Positions 9,475 through 17,295 of a stretch of DNA of 64,000 nt are shown here, in pieces. The notes beneath the pieces were generated by a model. The model was given only the letters and a program-made list of their open reading frames with translations, was not told the DNA's origin and did not search any database. The stretch's first letter is position 1. The number at the start of each line of letters is the position of its first letter. Origin of the DNA: Candidatus Sumerlaeia bacterium. GTDB lineage: Bacteria > Sumerlaeota > Sumerlaeia > SLMS01 > JANRJK01. The stretch spans positions 3,291 through 67,290 of the forward strand of contig JANRJK010000021.1 of assembly GCA_033764015.1 (NCBI GenBank). Reading direction: 5' to 3'. A program made the position numbers and the translations under genes.

Positions 9475-9522
9475 ACCGGGGCGCCGCGCGTAGGAACCAG
9501 CGGAGCCCGGTGAGCCGGGCCC

Positions 9523-10116
9523 GTGGAGCCGGCGGTGGAAGAACTTACCGACGCGGAACTGATGCGGCGCCTCCGAAAGGGGGACAACGACGCGTTCACG
9601 GCGCTCGTGGAACGCCACGAGCAGCCGCTCCTGCGCTTCCTGTGGGGACTCCTGCAGGACGCGGAGGAGGCTCGCGACGTGGCGCAGGACGCCTTCCTGC
9701 AGGCGTACCGGCACCGGGAGAAGTACAACCCGGCGATGAGCTTCCGCACCTGGCTCTTCACCATCGGACGCAACCGCGCCATCAGCCTGCTGCGGCAGCG
9801 CAAGTTCCGCGGGCAGCTCCCCGACCCGTCCCCCTACGAGGAGGACGCGCCGGACCCGATGCTCGCGATCCCGGACCCCGGGGAGAACCCCCGCGAACAG
9901 CTCCTGCGCAGCGAGGACGCCCGATGGCTCCGCCTCGCCCTGCAGCGGCTCGACGACAAGCACCGTCAGGTGATCGAAATGAAGTACCTGGGCGGCATGA
10001 AGAGCCGCGAGATCGCCGACCTGCTCGGCTTGGAAGTGGGCACCGTCTGGTCGCGGGTCCACCACGGACTGAAGAAACTCAAGGCCGTTTCGGCGGAGAT
10101 GAACTATGAATGGTGA
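9523..10116 (+). CDS. ECF-type RNA polymerase sigma-70 family factor
   Basis: 197 aa. Region 2 (DAFTALVERHEQPLLRFL..., DVAQDAFLQAY) and region 4 (LDDKHRQVIEMKYLGGMKSREIADLLGLEVGTVWSRVHHG). Confidence 0.9.
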   Translation: MEPAVEELTDAELMRRLRKGDNDAFTALVERHEQPLLRFLWGLLQDAEEARDVAQDAFLQAYRHREKYNPAMSFRTWLFTIGRNRAISLLRQRKFRGQLPDPSPYEEDAPDPMLAIPDPGENPREQLLRSEDARWLRLALQRLDDKHRQVIEMKYLGGMKSREIADLLGLEVGTVWSRVHHGLKKLKAVSAEMNYEW

Positions 10117-12751
10117 CGCCCGGGACGAACTGCTGGTCGGATACCTGGAGCTGGACCTCCCCGAGGGGGAGCGCGCCCGGCTGGAGCGCCTCCTCGAGTC
10201 GGACTCCGCGCTTTCCGCGGACCTGGAGCGGCTGCACGCGCTGGACCGCTCGCTCTTCCAGGCGTCGGAGGCGGCGTGGCGCCGCAGCGGCCTGGCGGGA
10301 GTGCGGCTTGACGCCGCCCGCATCCTGGAGGCGGAGCGCGGCGGCGACGCGCTGGCGATGTCCGCGCCGCGCCCCCGCGCGCCCCGCGCGGCGAAGGCGC
10401 CCCCGGCGCAGTCCGCGCCGCGGAGCCGCTGGCGCGCGCTTTCGCAGCACATGCCGCTGGCGGCGGGCCTCGCGCTCGTGCTGCTCGGCGCCTCCGCGCT
10501 CTTCGTGCAGCGCGAGACGGCGCTCGGCATGCTCCGCGCCCCGCGCCCGGTGGCCGTGGTCGCCGACTCGAACGCCGCCGGCATCGAGGACGGATCGCAG
10601 GTGCTCTCGCGCGAGGAGTACCGCCTCGGCCCCGGCGAACGCATCGGCCTTTCCCTGGCCGAGCGGAGCAACTCGCTGCTCTACATCGAGGGCCCGGGCG
10701 CGTTCCGGGCCGCCGACGCGGACACGCTCCGCCTCGAGGGCGGCTCGCTCTACCTTTCGCTCCCCTCCTCGGAGCGGCCCTTCGCCATCGAGCTGCCGGG
10801 AGGCGTCCGCGTGGAGGCGACCCGCGTGGTGTTCGAACTGCGCGAGGACGAACTGCGGGTTAAGGACGGCACGCTGCGCCTGGTCCGCGGCTCCGCGCCG
10901 CCGCTCGACCTGGTGGTCGGGCAGGCCGCGCCGGCGGGCGCGGGACAGGCGCTCCCGCGCCAGCTCTCCGCCCGCGAGATCCTGTCCATCGGCACTTGGA
11001 CCGGGGCCATGACGGTGCCGGAGCGCGGCGCGGAAGGAGCGGAGGAGCGCTCGCAGGCGCCGGCGCTCGATTCCCAGACGGGAACGGTCAGCGCCTCCGC
11101 ACTGCTGTCGCTGCTCCCCGGCGACGCGATCGGCGCCATGATCGCCACCTCCGGCGAGGCCGCCTCCGCGGGCTTCGACGGGCCGCTGGTCGCCGCGCTC
11201 CTGCCGCGCACCCGCATCCCCTACCTGCTCACGCTCTCCGACGATCCGCGCCGGGCGGCGGACGGCCTGCTGGACCTGATCGGCCCGGTGCTCTCCTCGA
11301 ACGGCGTCTGGACGGAGGATTCGCAAGGGCTGCCGTACCTGAAGCTCGCGCGGCGCCCGACGGCGACGGAGCCGAACGCCAACACCGAGACGGCCCGCCT
11401 GATCGTGATGCCGAAGGGCGCGCTGCTGCTGCCGGACGGCGCGGTGATGGCCGGAGGGGGGCAGCTCGCCCGCGGGGTCTCCCTCGGCGACACGCTGCTT
11501 GGGCGCGAGCTCACCGCCACGTTCTCCGACGTCGAACCGGGCCAGACCGCCTTCGTGCTCGACGTGCCGGCGCTGCTCCGCCGCAACGGGCTCGCGCGCG
11601 AAACGGTTTCCTCCCTGTCCCTCTCGCCGGGCTCGGTCCTGTCCGGCACCTTCTCGGTGCGCGACGGGCGCTGGCGCCTCGAAGCCTCCATGCCGCTGCT
11701 CGCTCCGGAAGGCGCCGAGCCTCCCTCGGAGCCCACCGGCCCCTCCCCCGAAGCGCTGGTGGAGCTGATGCCGCCCGACTCCGCGGTGGCGTTCGCGCTG
11801 CGCGCGGCGGACGGCCCCGCGCTACTGGCGCTCTGGCAGCAGCTCCTGCTGCACGAGGTCTACGCCGGCGACGGGGCCGCGCTGGCAACGCAGACGGCGG
11901 ACCTGGAAGACCGCCTCGGGGTCGACCTCGCCACGGTGGCGGGGCTGCTCGATGGCAGCGTGGCGGTGTCGCTGGCGCCGGGCGGCGACGGTGCGGCGGA
12001 GATGCTGGCGATGGCCGGCGCCGCGGATCCGGAGAAGCTGGCGGGGTACTTCGCCGCGGCCGCGCTCCCCCGGCTCCTGCGCCCCGCGCTGGATGGCGAA
12101 TTCCTGGAGGCGGCGAGCGGCTGGCGCTTCCTCGCGTCGGGGCCGCTGCTCCTTGCTGGCAACGCGCCCGCGCGTCTCGCGGCGGTGTCCGGCGTCCCGC
12201 CCGCGGCGGGTGTGGACGACGATCCGGGAGCGTTCCCCGTCGCGGCGATCCGGCTCGCGTCCGCGGGCGGCGAAGGCGACGCCGCGGACTTCCTGCGCGT
12301 GGTGCTTTCGATGCGCTCGGACTCGCCCGCGCTCGGCGTCCGCGCCGACGCGCCGGGCACCCGTGAGGCGCTCGAGTCCGCGCTTTCCTCGCTGGGCCTT
12401 CCCGCGCAGCTCGACTTGGACACGCGGCGCAACGCGCGCTCCGTCTCCGCGCGCCTCGACGAGGCCGCGGAGGCGATCCGGCGCTTCGGCGCCGATAACG
12501 GCCGGGCGCCCCGCGACCTCGCGGAACTGGCCGCTTCGGGGCACCTGCCCTATGCGATGAACGATCCGTTCCGCCGCGATGGCGGGCCGCTGTCCTACCG
12601 CGCCGACCCGGCGACCGGGGTGTGGATGCTATGGAGCCACGGACCCGACCGCACGGACGACGACGGCGCGATCGAATGGACCGAGGCGCGCCCCGTCTCC
12701 GACCCCGGCGACCTGGTGCGCCGCGGCGTCGCCCCGCGGCGCGCGCGCTGA
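10106..12751 (+). CDS. Anti-sigma factor with a large extracytoplasmic region and a pseudopilin (GspG)-like C-terminal domain
   Basis: The ATG overlaps the sigma gene by 11 nt. The N-terminal helix ELLVGYLELDLPEGERARLERLL is typical of anti-sigma domains. There is a single TM (PLAAGLALVLLGASALFV) and a FecR-like beta region (RIGLSL...LYIEGPG...RLEGGSLYL). The C-terminus (FGADNGRAPRDLAELAASGHLP...DPF...SYRADP...WMLWSHGPDRTDDDG) resembles the globular part of type II secretion pseudopilins. Confidence 0.65.
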   Translation: MNGDARDELLVGYLELDLPEGERARLERLLESDSALSADLERLHALDRSLFQASEAAWRRSGLAGVRLDAARILEAERGGDALAMSAPRPRAPRAAKAPPAQSAPRSRWRALSQHMPLAAGLALVLLGASALFVQRETALGMLRAPRPVAVVADSNAAGIEDGSQVLSREEYRLGPGERIGLSLAERSNSLLYIEGPGAFRAADADTLRLEGGSLYLSLPSSERPFAIELPGGVRVEATRVVFELREDELRVKDGTLRLVRGSAPPLDLVVGQAAPAGAGQALPRQLSAREILSIGTWTGAMTVPERGAEGAEERSQAPALDSQTGTVSASALLSLLPGDAIGAMIATSGEAASAGFDGPLVAALLPRTRIPYLLTLSDDPRRAADGLLDLIGPVLSSNGVWTEDSQGLPYLKLARRPTATEPNANTETARLIVMPKGALLLPDGAVMAGGGQLARGVSLGDTLLGRELTATFSDVEPGQTAFVLDVPALLRRNGLARETVSSLSLSPGSVLSGTFSVRDGRWRLEASMPLLAPEGAEPPSEPTGPSPEALVELMPPDSAVAFALRAADGPALLALWQQLLLHEVYAGDGAALATQTADLEDRLGVDLATVAGLLDGSVAVSLAPGGDGAAEMLAMAGAADPEKLAGYFAAAALPRLLRPALDGEFLEAASGWRFLASGPLLLAGNAPARLAAVSGVPPAAGVDDDPGAFPVAAIRLASAGGEGDAADFLRVVLSMRSDSPALGVRADAPGTREALESALSSLGLPAQLDLDTRRNARSVSARLDEAAEAIRRFGADNGRAPRDLAELAASGHLPYAMNDPFRRDGGPLSYRADPATGVWMLWSHGPDRTDDDGAIEWTEARPVSDPGDLVRRGVAPRRAR

Positions 12752-12764
12752 TGGCGCAGGTTCG

Positions 12765-13001
12765 TTAGAACCAGGCTTTCTTGCCGACCATGTAGATCTG
12801 CTCGAACTCCTCGTCCGACTTGACGAGGTAGATGATGCCTTCGATCAGGCCGATGATCGCGCCGATGCCGCACAGGAAGCTGAGCACGATCCGCAGGATG
12901 CCGCCCATGATGTCGCCCATCAGGAACCGGTGCACGCCGAAGCCGCCGAGAAGGATTCCGAGTATTCCGCAAAGGATGCGATTGCTGCCGCCGCTGGCCA
13001 T
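12765..13001 (-). CDS. TM2 domain-containing small membrane protein
   Basis: 78 aa with two TM helices and the TM2 signature region GILLGGFGVHRFLMGD. Confidence 0.8.
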   Translation of the reverse strand: MASGGSNRILCGILGILLGGFGVHRFLMGDIMGGILRIVLSFLCGIGAIIGLIEGIIYLVKSDEEFEQIYMVGKKAWF

Positions 13002-13092
13002 TCGAGGACTCCGCAGGGAGGGTTTTGGAGCGATTGGGTTGCGCGTCTAGGAACGCCGCGCCTCTTGCGGAGCGTCAAGGCCCGGGTGGCCG

Positions 13093-14733
13093 CTACTCGC
13101 CCTGAACAACCGCTTCCTTATCGATTCCCAGGGCCTTGATGCGCGAGGCGAGCGTGGTGGGCTTCGAGTCGACCAACTCCGCCGCGCCGCCGGGGCCGCT
13201 GATCTTGCCGTTCGCCTTCTTCAGCGCCTTCACGATGTTCGCCCGCTCCAAGTCTTCCAGTTCCGTGTAGGTGTAGATTTTCTCCGCCATGATGTCTTCT
13301 CGCGGGATGACGAGCAAGCGGGAGGAACTCGCCGGCAGGCTGTCGTCCGGGATGCTCAATTCCAGGACGTCGCCGACGGAGGTGATGACGGCGCGCTCGA
13401 TGACGTTCTGGAGTTCGCGGATGTTGCCGGGCCAGACGTAGTTCTGGAGCTGCATGACATGGCGGTCGGCGAGGCGCAGGCCCTTGCGCCCGAAGCGCTT
13501 GCAGGCGCGCTCGAGGAACGCGGCGGCGATCGTGGGGATGTCCTCGAGGCGCTCGCGGAGCGGCGGCAGCTCGAGGGGGAACACGCCGAGGCGGTAATAC
13601 AGGTCCTGGCGGAAGCGGCCCTTCGACACCTCCTTCTTCAGGTCGCGGTTCGTCGCCGCGATCAGGCGCACGTTGACGCGCTTGGTGACGTCCTCGCCGA
13701 CGCGCTCGAACTCGCCCTCCTGCAGCACGCGGAGCAGCTTGCTCTGCAGCTCCATGGGGATCTCGCCGACTTCGTCGAGGAAGAGGGTGCCGCCGTGGGC
13801 GAGCTGGAAGCGCCCGATGCGGTCCTTGACGGCGCCGGTGAAGGACCCCTTCACGTGGCCGAAGAACTCGCTCTCGAACAGTTCCCGCGGGATCGAGGCG
13901 CAGTTCACCTTCACGAAGGAGCGGTCGGCGCGCGAGCTGCGCCCATGGATCTCGGAGGCGATCAGCTCCTTGCCGGAGCCGGACTCGCCGAGGATCAGCA
14001 CCGTGGCGTCGGTGGGCGCGACCATCTCGATCTGCTGGAGGGCGCGGCGGAGTCCCGGGCTGTTGCCGAGGATCTTGCCGAAGGCGCGGGTCTCGCGGAT
14101 CTCCTCGCGCAGGTATTCGTTCTCCTGGACGGCGCGCTGCTTCTCGCGCTCGAGGCGGCCCACATCGCGGCGGTTCTCGATGGCGAGGGTCACCTGGTCG
14201 GCGAACAGCCCCAGCCAGCGCGCGCCCTCCGCGACGAAGTCGTGCGTCGGCATCTTCACGAACACCGCGAGGACGCCGTACACCGTGCCGTCCATGATCA
14301 TGGGGACGGCGTGCATGGCCTGGATGCCGCCGCGCTGCGCCCATTCGGGGTACTCGGGCCACTCGGCGGGCGCGGAGTAGAGGTGCGCCTGCTTGGTCTT
14401 CACGATCTGGCCGATGAGCGGTTCCGCGGGCGGCACGCGCGAGAAGTCGCCCCAGCGGTGCGTCCACTCGTGGTACTCCTCGCCGGGCGGGTGGTTCAGC
14501 GAGCAGGCGACGAGCTTGAGGATGCCGCAGAAGTTCGGCGCGGCGAACTCCTCGTCCACCTGCGCGAGCATGCACTCCTCCATCCAGACGCAGGCGCGCG
14601 CGAGGTGGCCCCGTTCGCCCATGCCCTTGACGATGGCGTCGAGGATCGTGCCGACGGTGGGCTCGTGCGAGGCCCTTCGGAGTAGGTCGCGGAGGGAGTC
14701 GAACTCGACGCGATAGTTCGTTTGCTCTGCCAT
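13093..14733 (-). CDS. Sigma-54-dependent transcriptional activator (GAF sensor, AAA+ domain, Fis-type HTH)
   Basis: Walker A GESGSGKE, the GAFTGA-equivalent loop GSFTGAV, Walker B LFLDEVGE, the arginine-finger region RQDLYYRL, and a C-terminal HTH (AAELVDSKPTTLASRIKALGI). I prefer ATG 14733 (MAEQTNY...) over the listed 14868, because the upstream 45 codons are Arg/Gly-rich junk-like sequence. Confidence 0.9.
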   Translation of the reverse strand: MAEQTNYRVEFDSLRDLLRRASHEPTVGTILDAIVKGMGERGHLARACVWMEECMLAQVDEEFAAPNFCGILKLVACSLNHPPGEEYHEWTHRWGDFSRVPPAEPLIGQIVKTKQAHLYSAPAEWPEYPEWAQRGGIQAMHAVPMIMDGTVYGVLAVFVKMPTHDFVAEGARWLGLFADQVTLAIENRRDVGRLEREKQRAVQENEYLREEIRETRAFGKILGNSPGLRRALQQIEMVAPTDATVLILGESGSGKELIASEIHGRSSRADRSFVKVNCASIPRELFESEFFGHVKGSFTGAVKDRIGRFQLAHGGTLFLDEVGEIPMELQSKLLRVLQEGEFERVGEDVTKRVNVRLIAATNRDLKKEVSKGRFRQDLYYRLGVFPLELPPLRERLEDIPTIAAAFLERACKRFGRKGLRLADRHVMQLQNYVWPGNIRELQNVIERAVITSVGDVLELSIPDDSLPASSSRLLVIPREDIMAEKIYTYTELEDLERANIVKALKKANGKISGPGGAAELVDSKPTTLASRIKALGIDKEAVVQGE

Positions 14734-14939
14734 GGCGTGGGTCCTCGCCAACGAGTTTGCGTTACTGGATTTCGTGTCCGCGTCGCCGTCGCCGTTCCGC
14801 ATGGTGGTCGGCGCTCGGCGCAACCCCTGTGAAAAGAACAATCGGCGAATTCCCCGGGAACCGGGCACGAACGATGAAAGGAGTCCTTGCGAAACTGGCG
14901 CCGCAACCGACGCCGCAACCCACCGAAGGAGTCGGCGCC

Positions 14940-15494
14940 ATGCCGCGCATCGCCACCGTCACCACGTCCGAAGCAACCCCCAAGGCGCAGGTCCTCCTTG
15001 GCGCCGTCGAGAAGAAGCTGGGGATGATCCCCAACCTGATCCGCACCTTCGGCCGTTCCGAAGCGACATTGGAAGCATACTTGAACCTCTCCGGCGCGCT
15101 CGCCGGGGGCAAGCTGAGCGCGCAGGAGCGCGAGATCGTCGCGCTCGCCGTGGCCGAGGCGAACGACTGCGCGTACTGCCTTGCGGCCCACAGCGCGATC
15201 GGCAAGGCCGTCGGCCTGGGCCGCGAGCAGATCCTCGACGCGCGCCGGGGCACGCTTTCGGACCGCCGCCAGGAGGCGCTCGCAACGCTCGCGCGGCAAA
15301 TCACCGACTCCCGCGGCCACCTCGCGGACGAGCAGCTCGACGCCGCGCGCCGCGCCGGCCTCCACGACGAGGACATCCTCGAAGTGGTCGGCAACGTCAC
15401 GCTCAACATCCTGACCAACTACACGAACCACATCGCCGCCACCGTGGTCGATTTCCCGGCGGCGGAGCCGCTGGAAGCGATCGCCGCGCGCTAA
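14940..15494 (+). CDS. Carboxymuconolactone decarboxylase / AhpD-like peroxidase family protein
   Basis: AhpD-core CxxC motif in EANDCAYCLAAH. I prefer ATG 14940, preceded by GAAGGAG at 8-nt spacing, over the listed 14757 or the ATG at 14874. Confidence 0.8.
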   Translation: MPRIATVTTSEATPKAQVLLGAVEKKLGMIPNLIRTFGRSEATLEAYLNLSGALAGGKLSAQEREIVALAVAEANDCAYCLAAHSAIGKAVGLGREQILDARRGTLSDRRQEALATLARQITDSRGHLADEQLDAARRAGLHDEDILEVVGNVTLNILTNYTNHIAATVVDFPAAEPLEAIAAR

Positions 15495-15533
15495 GCGCGG
15501 GCCACCCCCCGACCCGTCAAGGACTCCACGCCC

Positions 15534-16325
15534 ATGCGCACCGCCGCCGCACAGCTCGCCGCGACGCTCTTCGCCGCCGCCGCCCCGGCCCAATTCCCCG
15601 AAGGCATCACACCGCCCGTGCCCACCGCGCCCTACACCGCTGTCCACTACCCCGCCGCGGCGGACGCCGCCGGATACATCGCCCGCACGGTCAACCGCGC
15701 CGCCGAGACCGCCGGAGTCGCGCATGTGTTCGTCGCGGAAGGCGACGCCGCCGCGCTCGCCGCCGCGGCCGCCCCCGCCGGGAAGCTGGCCTCCGTGGTC
15801 GCGGCGACCGAGACCGCGCCTTCGCGCCCCGCCGTCGTCCTGTACGACAAGGCCGGGAAGGAACTCGCCCGCCTCGAGGGCGGCGACACCGCGAACCTCG
15901 GGGACACCATCCGCCGCATCGCCCGCGACGGCGCCGCGGCGCACCAGAACGTCGCCAAGAAGGGGGAACTCGCCATCTCGGGCTACGATCCCGTCTCCTA
16001 CTTCGACGGCACGCCGTCGAAAGGCTCGGAAACGATCACCTCCTGGTACGACGGCGCCACGTACCGTTTCGCGAACGAAGGGAACCGCGCCAAGTTCGCC
16101 GCCGATCCGGTGGCCTTCGCTCCCGCCTACGGTGGCTGGTGCGCCTACGCGATGGTCGATGGCGAGAAGGTCGACGTGGACCCCAAGACGTACAAAATCA
16201 GCGAAGGGCGCCTGCTGCTGTTCTACAACGGCCTGCTGGGCAACACACTGAAGAAGTGGAACAAGGCGGACGAGGCGGACCAGCTTTCGAAGGCGGACGC
16301 GAACTGGGACCGGACGACTCGCTGA
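15534..16325 (+). CDS. Secreted YHS-domain protein
   Basis: Signal-peptide-like N-terminus (MRTAAAQLAATLFAAAAPAQ). The C-terminal half matches the YHS pattern (GYDPVSYFDG...YRFANEGNRAKFAADP...APAYGGWCAYAM). Confidence 0.7.
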   Translation: MRTAAAQLAATLFAAAAPAQFPEGITPPVPTAPYTAVHYPAAADAAGYIARTVNRAAETAGVAHVFVAEGDAAALAAAAAPAGKLASVVAATETAPSRPAVVLYDKAGKELARLEGGDTANLGDTIRRIARDGAAAHQNVAKKGELAISGYDPVSYFDGTPSKGSETITSWYDGATYRFANEGNRAKFAADPVAFAPAYGGWCAYAMVDGEKVDVDPKTYKISEGRLLLFYNGLLGNTLKKWNKADEADQLSKADANWDRTTR

Positions 16326-16345
16326 TTATTCGCCTGCAAGTAGCC

Positions 16346-16371
16346 ATGTTTGGGATGCCAAACATTTCCTT
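16346..16371 (+). terminator. Candidate intrinsic terminator after the YHS gene
   Basis: ATGTTTGG (16346-16353) pairs with CCAAACAT (16358-16365) around the loop GATG and is followed by TTCCTT. Confidence 0.35.
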
Positions 16372-16434
16372 GCGCCACAAACATCGGCCCACGGAAGGTC
16401 CCCCCACCAAACCGAAAGGACGGGACCTTCCCCT

Positions 16435-17157
16435 TTGTTCAGCCAGCGCTCCGGCGCCTTCACCCTTATCGAGCTGCTGATCGTAGTCGCGATCATCGCC
16501 ATCCTCGCCGCGATCGCGGTGCCGAACTTCCTCGAGGCGCAGGTGCGCGCGAAAGTGAGCCGGGTCCAGAGCGACCTGCGCTCGCTCGCCACCGCGCTCG
16601 AGGCGTACCGCGTGGACTTCAACCGCTACCCGGAAGGGACCGACACGCTGGCGAAGATGCCGGAGCAGGCGGTGGCGTTCTTCGGGCCGCTGGCGGGGGG
16701 CTACTACACCTGGGCGACGCGGAACCCGAGCGGGGCGGTGGCGGGGCGGGACTTCGCGACGCTCACCACGCCGGTGGCGTTCATCACGTCGCTGCCGCTT
16801 GACCCATTCGCGGCGCAGGTGGGCGGCAACGTCACCTACGCCTACCGCGATGCGAAGGCGCGCGGCGACGGCTACGTGCTGACCAGCTTCGGCCCGGACG
16901 CGGACGTGCTGTCGCCCGGGGGTGTCGGGACGGTGAACACGAACCCGCTGTCGACGCGGTCGGACACGAAGGCGCCGGCGCGGCTGGGCGACATCAACGA
17001 GCGCGCGGTGATCGAGGTGGTCGAGCGGACGAACGCGGGGCTGATCGCGAACGTGAACGCGGGCTACGGCTCGCTCCTCGGCGCGATGGAGGACCTCCGC
17101 TACGATCCGACGAACGGGACGGCGAGCGACGGCGACCTGTACCGGGTGGCGCCGTGA
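16435..17157 (+). CDS. Prepilin-type N-terminal cleavage/methylation domain protein (type II secretion / type IV pilin-like pseudopilin)
   Basis: Classic leader and hydrophobic helix: SGAFTLIELLIVVAIIAILAAIAVPNFLEAQ. TTG start. The later SFGPDADV segment resembles the GspG-like globular fold. Confidence 0.8.
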   Translation: MFSQRSGAFTLIELLIVVAIIAILAAIAVPNFLEAQVRAKVSRVQSDLRSLATALEAYRVDFNRYPEGTDTLAKMPEQAVAFFGPLAGGYYTWATRNPSGAVAGRDFATLTTPVAFITSLPLDPFAAQVGGNVTYAYRDAKARGDGYVLTSFGPDADVLSPGGVGTVNTNPLSTRSDTKAPARLGDINERAVIEVVERTNAGLIANVNAGYGSLLGAMEDLRYDPTNGTASDGDLYRVAP

Positions 17158-17165
17158 GGGCCGTC

Positions 17166-17192
17166 GGCCGGAAGCGCGCGGCGCTTCCGGCC
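17166..17192 (+). terminator. Candidate terminator hairpin after the pseudopilin gene
   Basis: GGCCGGAAGCGC (17166-17177) pairs with GCGCTTCCGGCC (17181-17192), a 12-bp stem. A T-rich stretch (CCTTTTC) follows after 8 nt. Confidence 0.4.
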
Positions 17193-17295
17193 AGTAAAGC
17201 CTTTTCGCGTCTTACTTGACCCCTCCGGCACGGGGCGCGCTCAATCGTGGGCACGCTCGGCGCCGGTCTTCGCGCGCCCATCAAACCGGAAGGCA

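Noticed and set aside
6583-9513. A 976-aa plus-strand ORF and a 485-aa minus-strand ORF (7095-8552) across the membrane-protein and adaptor genes
   Set aside because: Low-complexity Arg/Gly/Ala/Pro translations with no domains. They conflict with better-supported frames.
9493-9526. An ECF-type autoregulatory promoter (GGAAC ... CGT) upstream of the sigma gene
   Set aside because: GGAAC at 9493-9497 is followed by a CGT only about 24 nt later, and that CGT is part of the GTG start codon context. Spacing and position are incompatible with a -35/-10 pair that drives this gene.
14757-14939. The listed upstream start (14757), or ATG 14874, for the AhpD-like gene
   Set aside because: The upstream residues are Arg/Trp-rich with no homology-like features. 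ATG 14940 has a GAAGGAG RBS and yields the usual length of about 184 aa. The upstream start would also overrun the divergent promoter region.
17216-17246. A sigma-70 promoter for gltA (TTGACC ... TCAATC)
   Set aside because: The spacer would be 19 nt and the -10 candidate is poor, so it was not reported as a feature.
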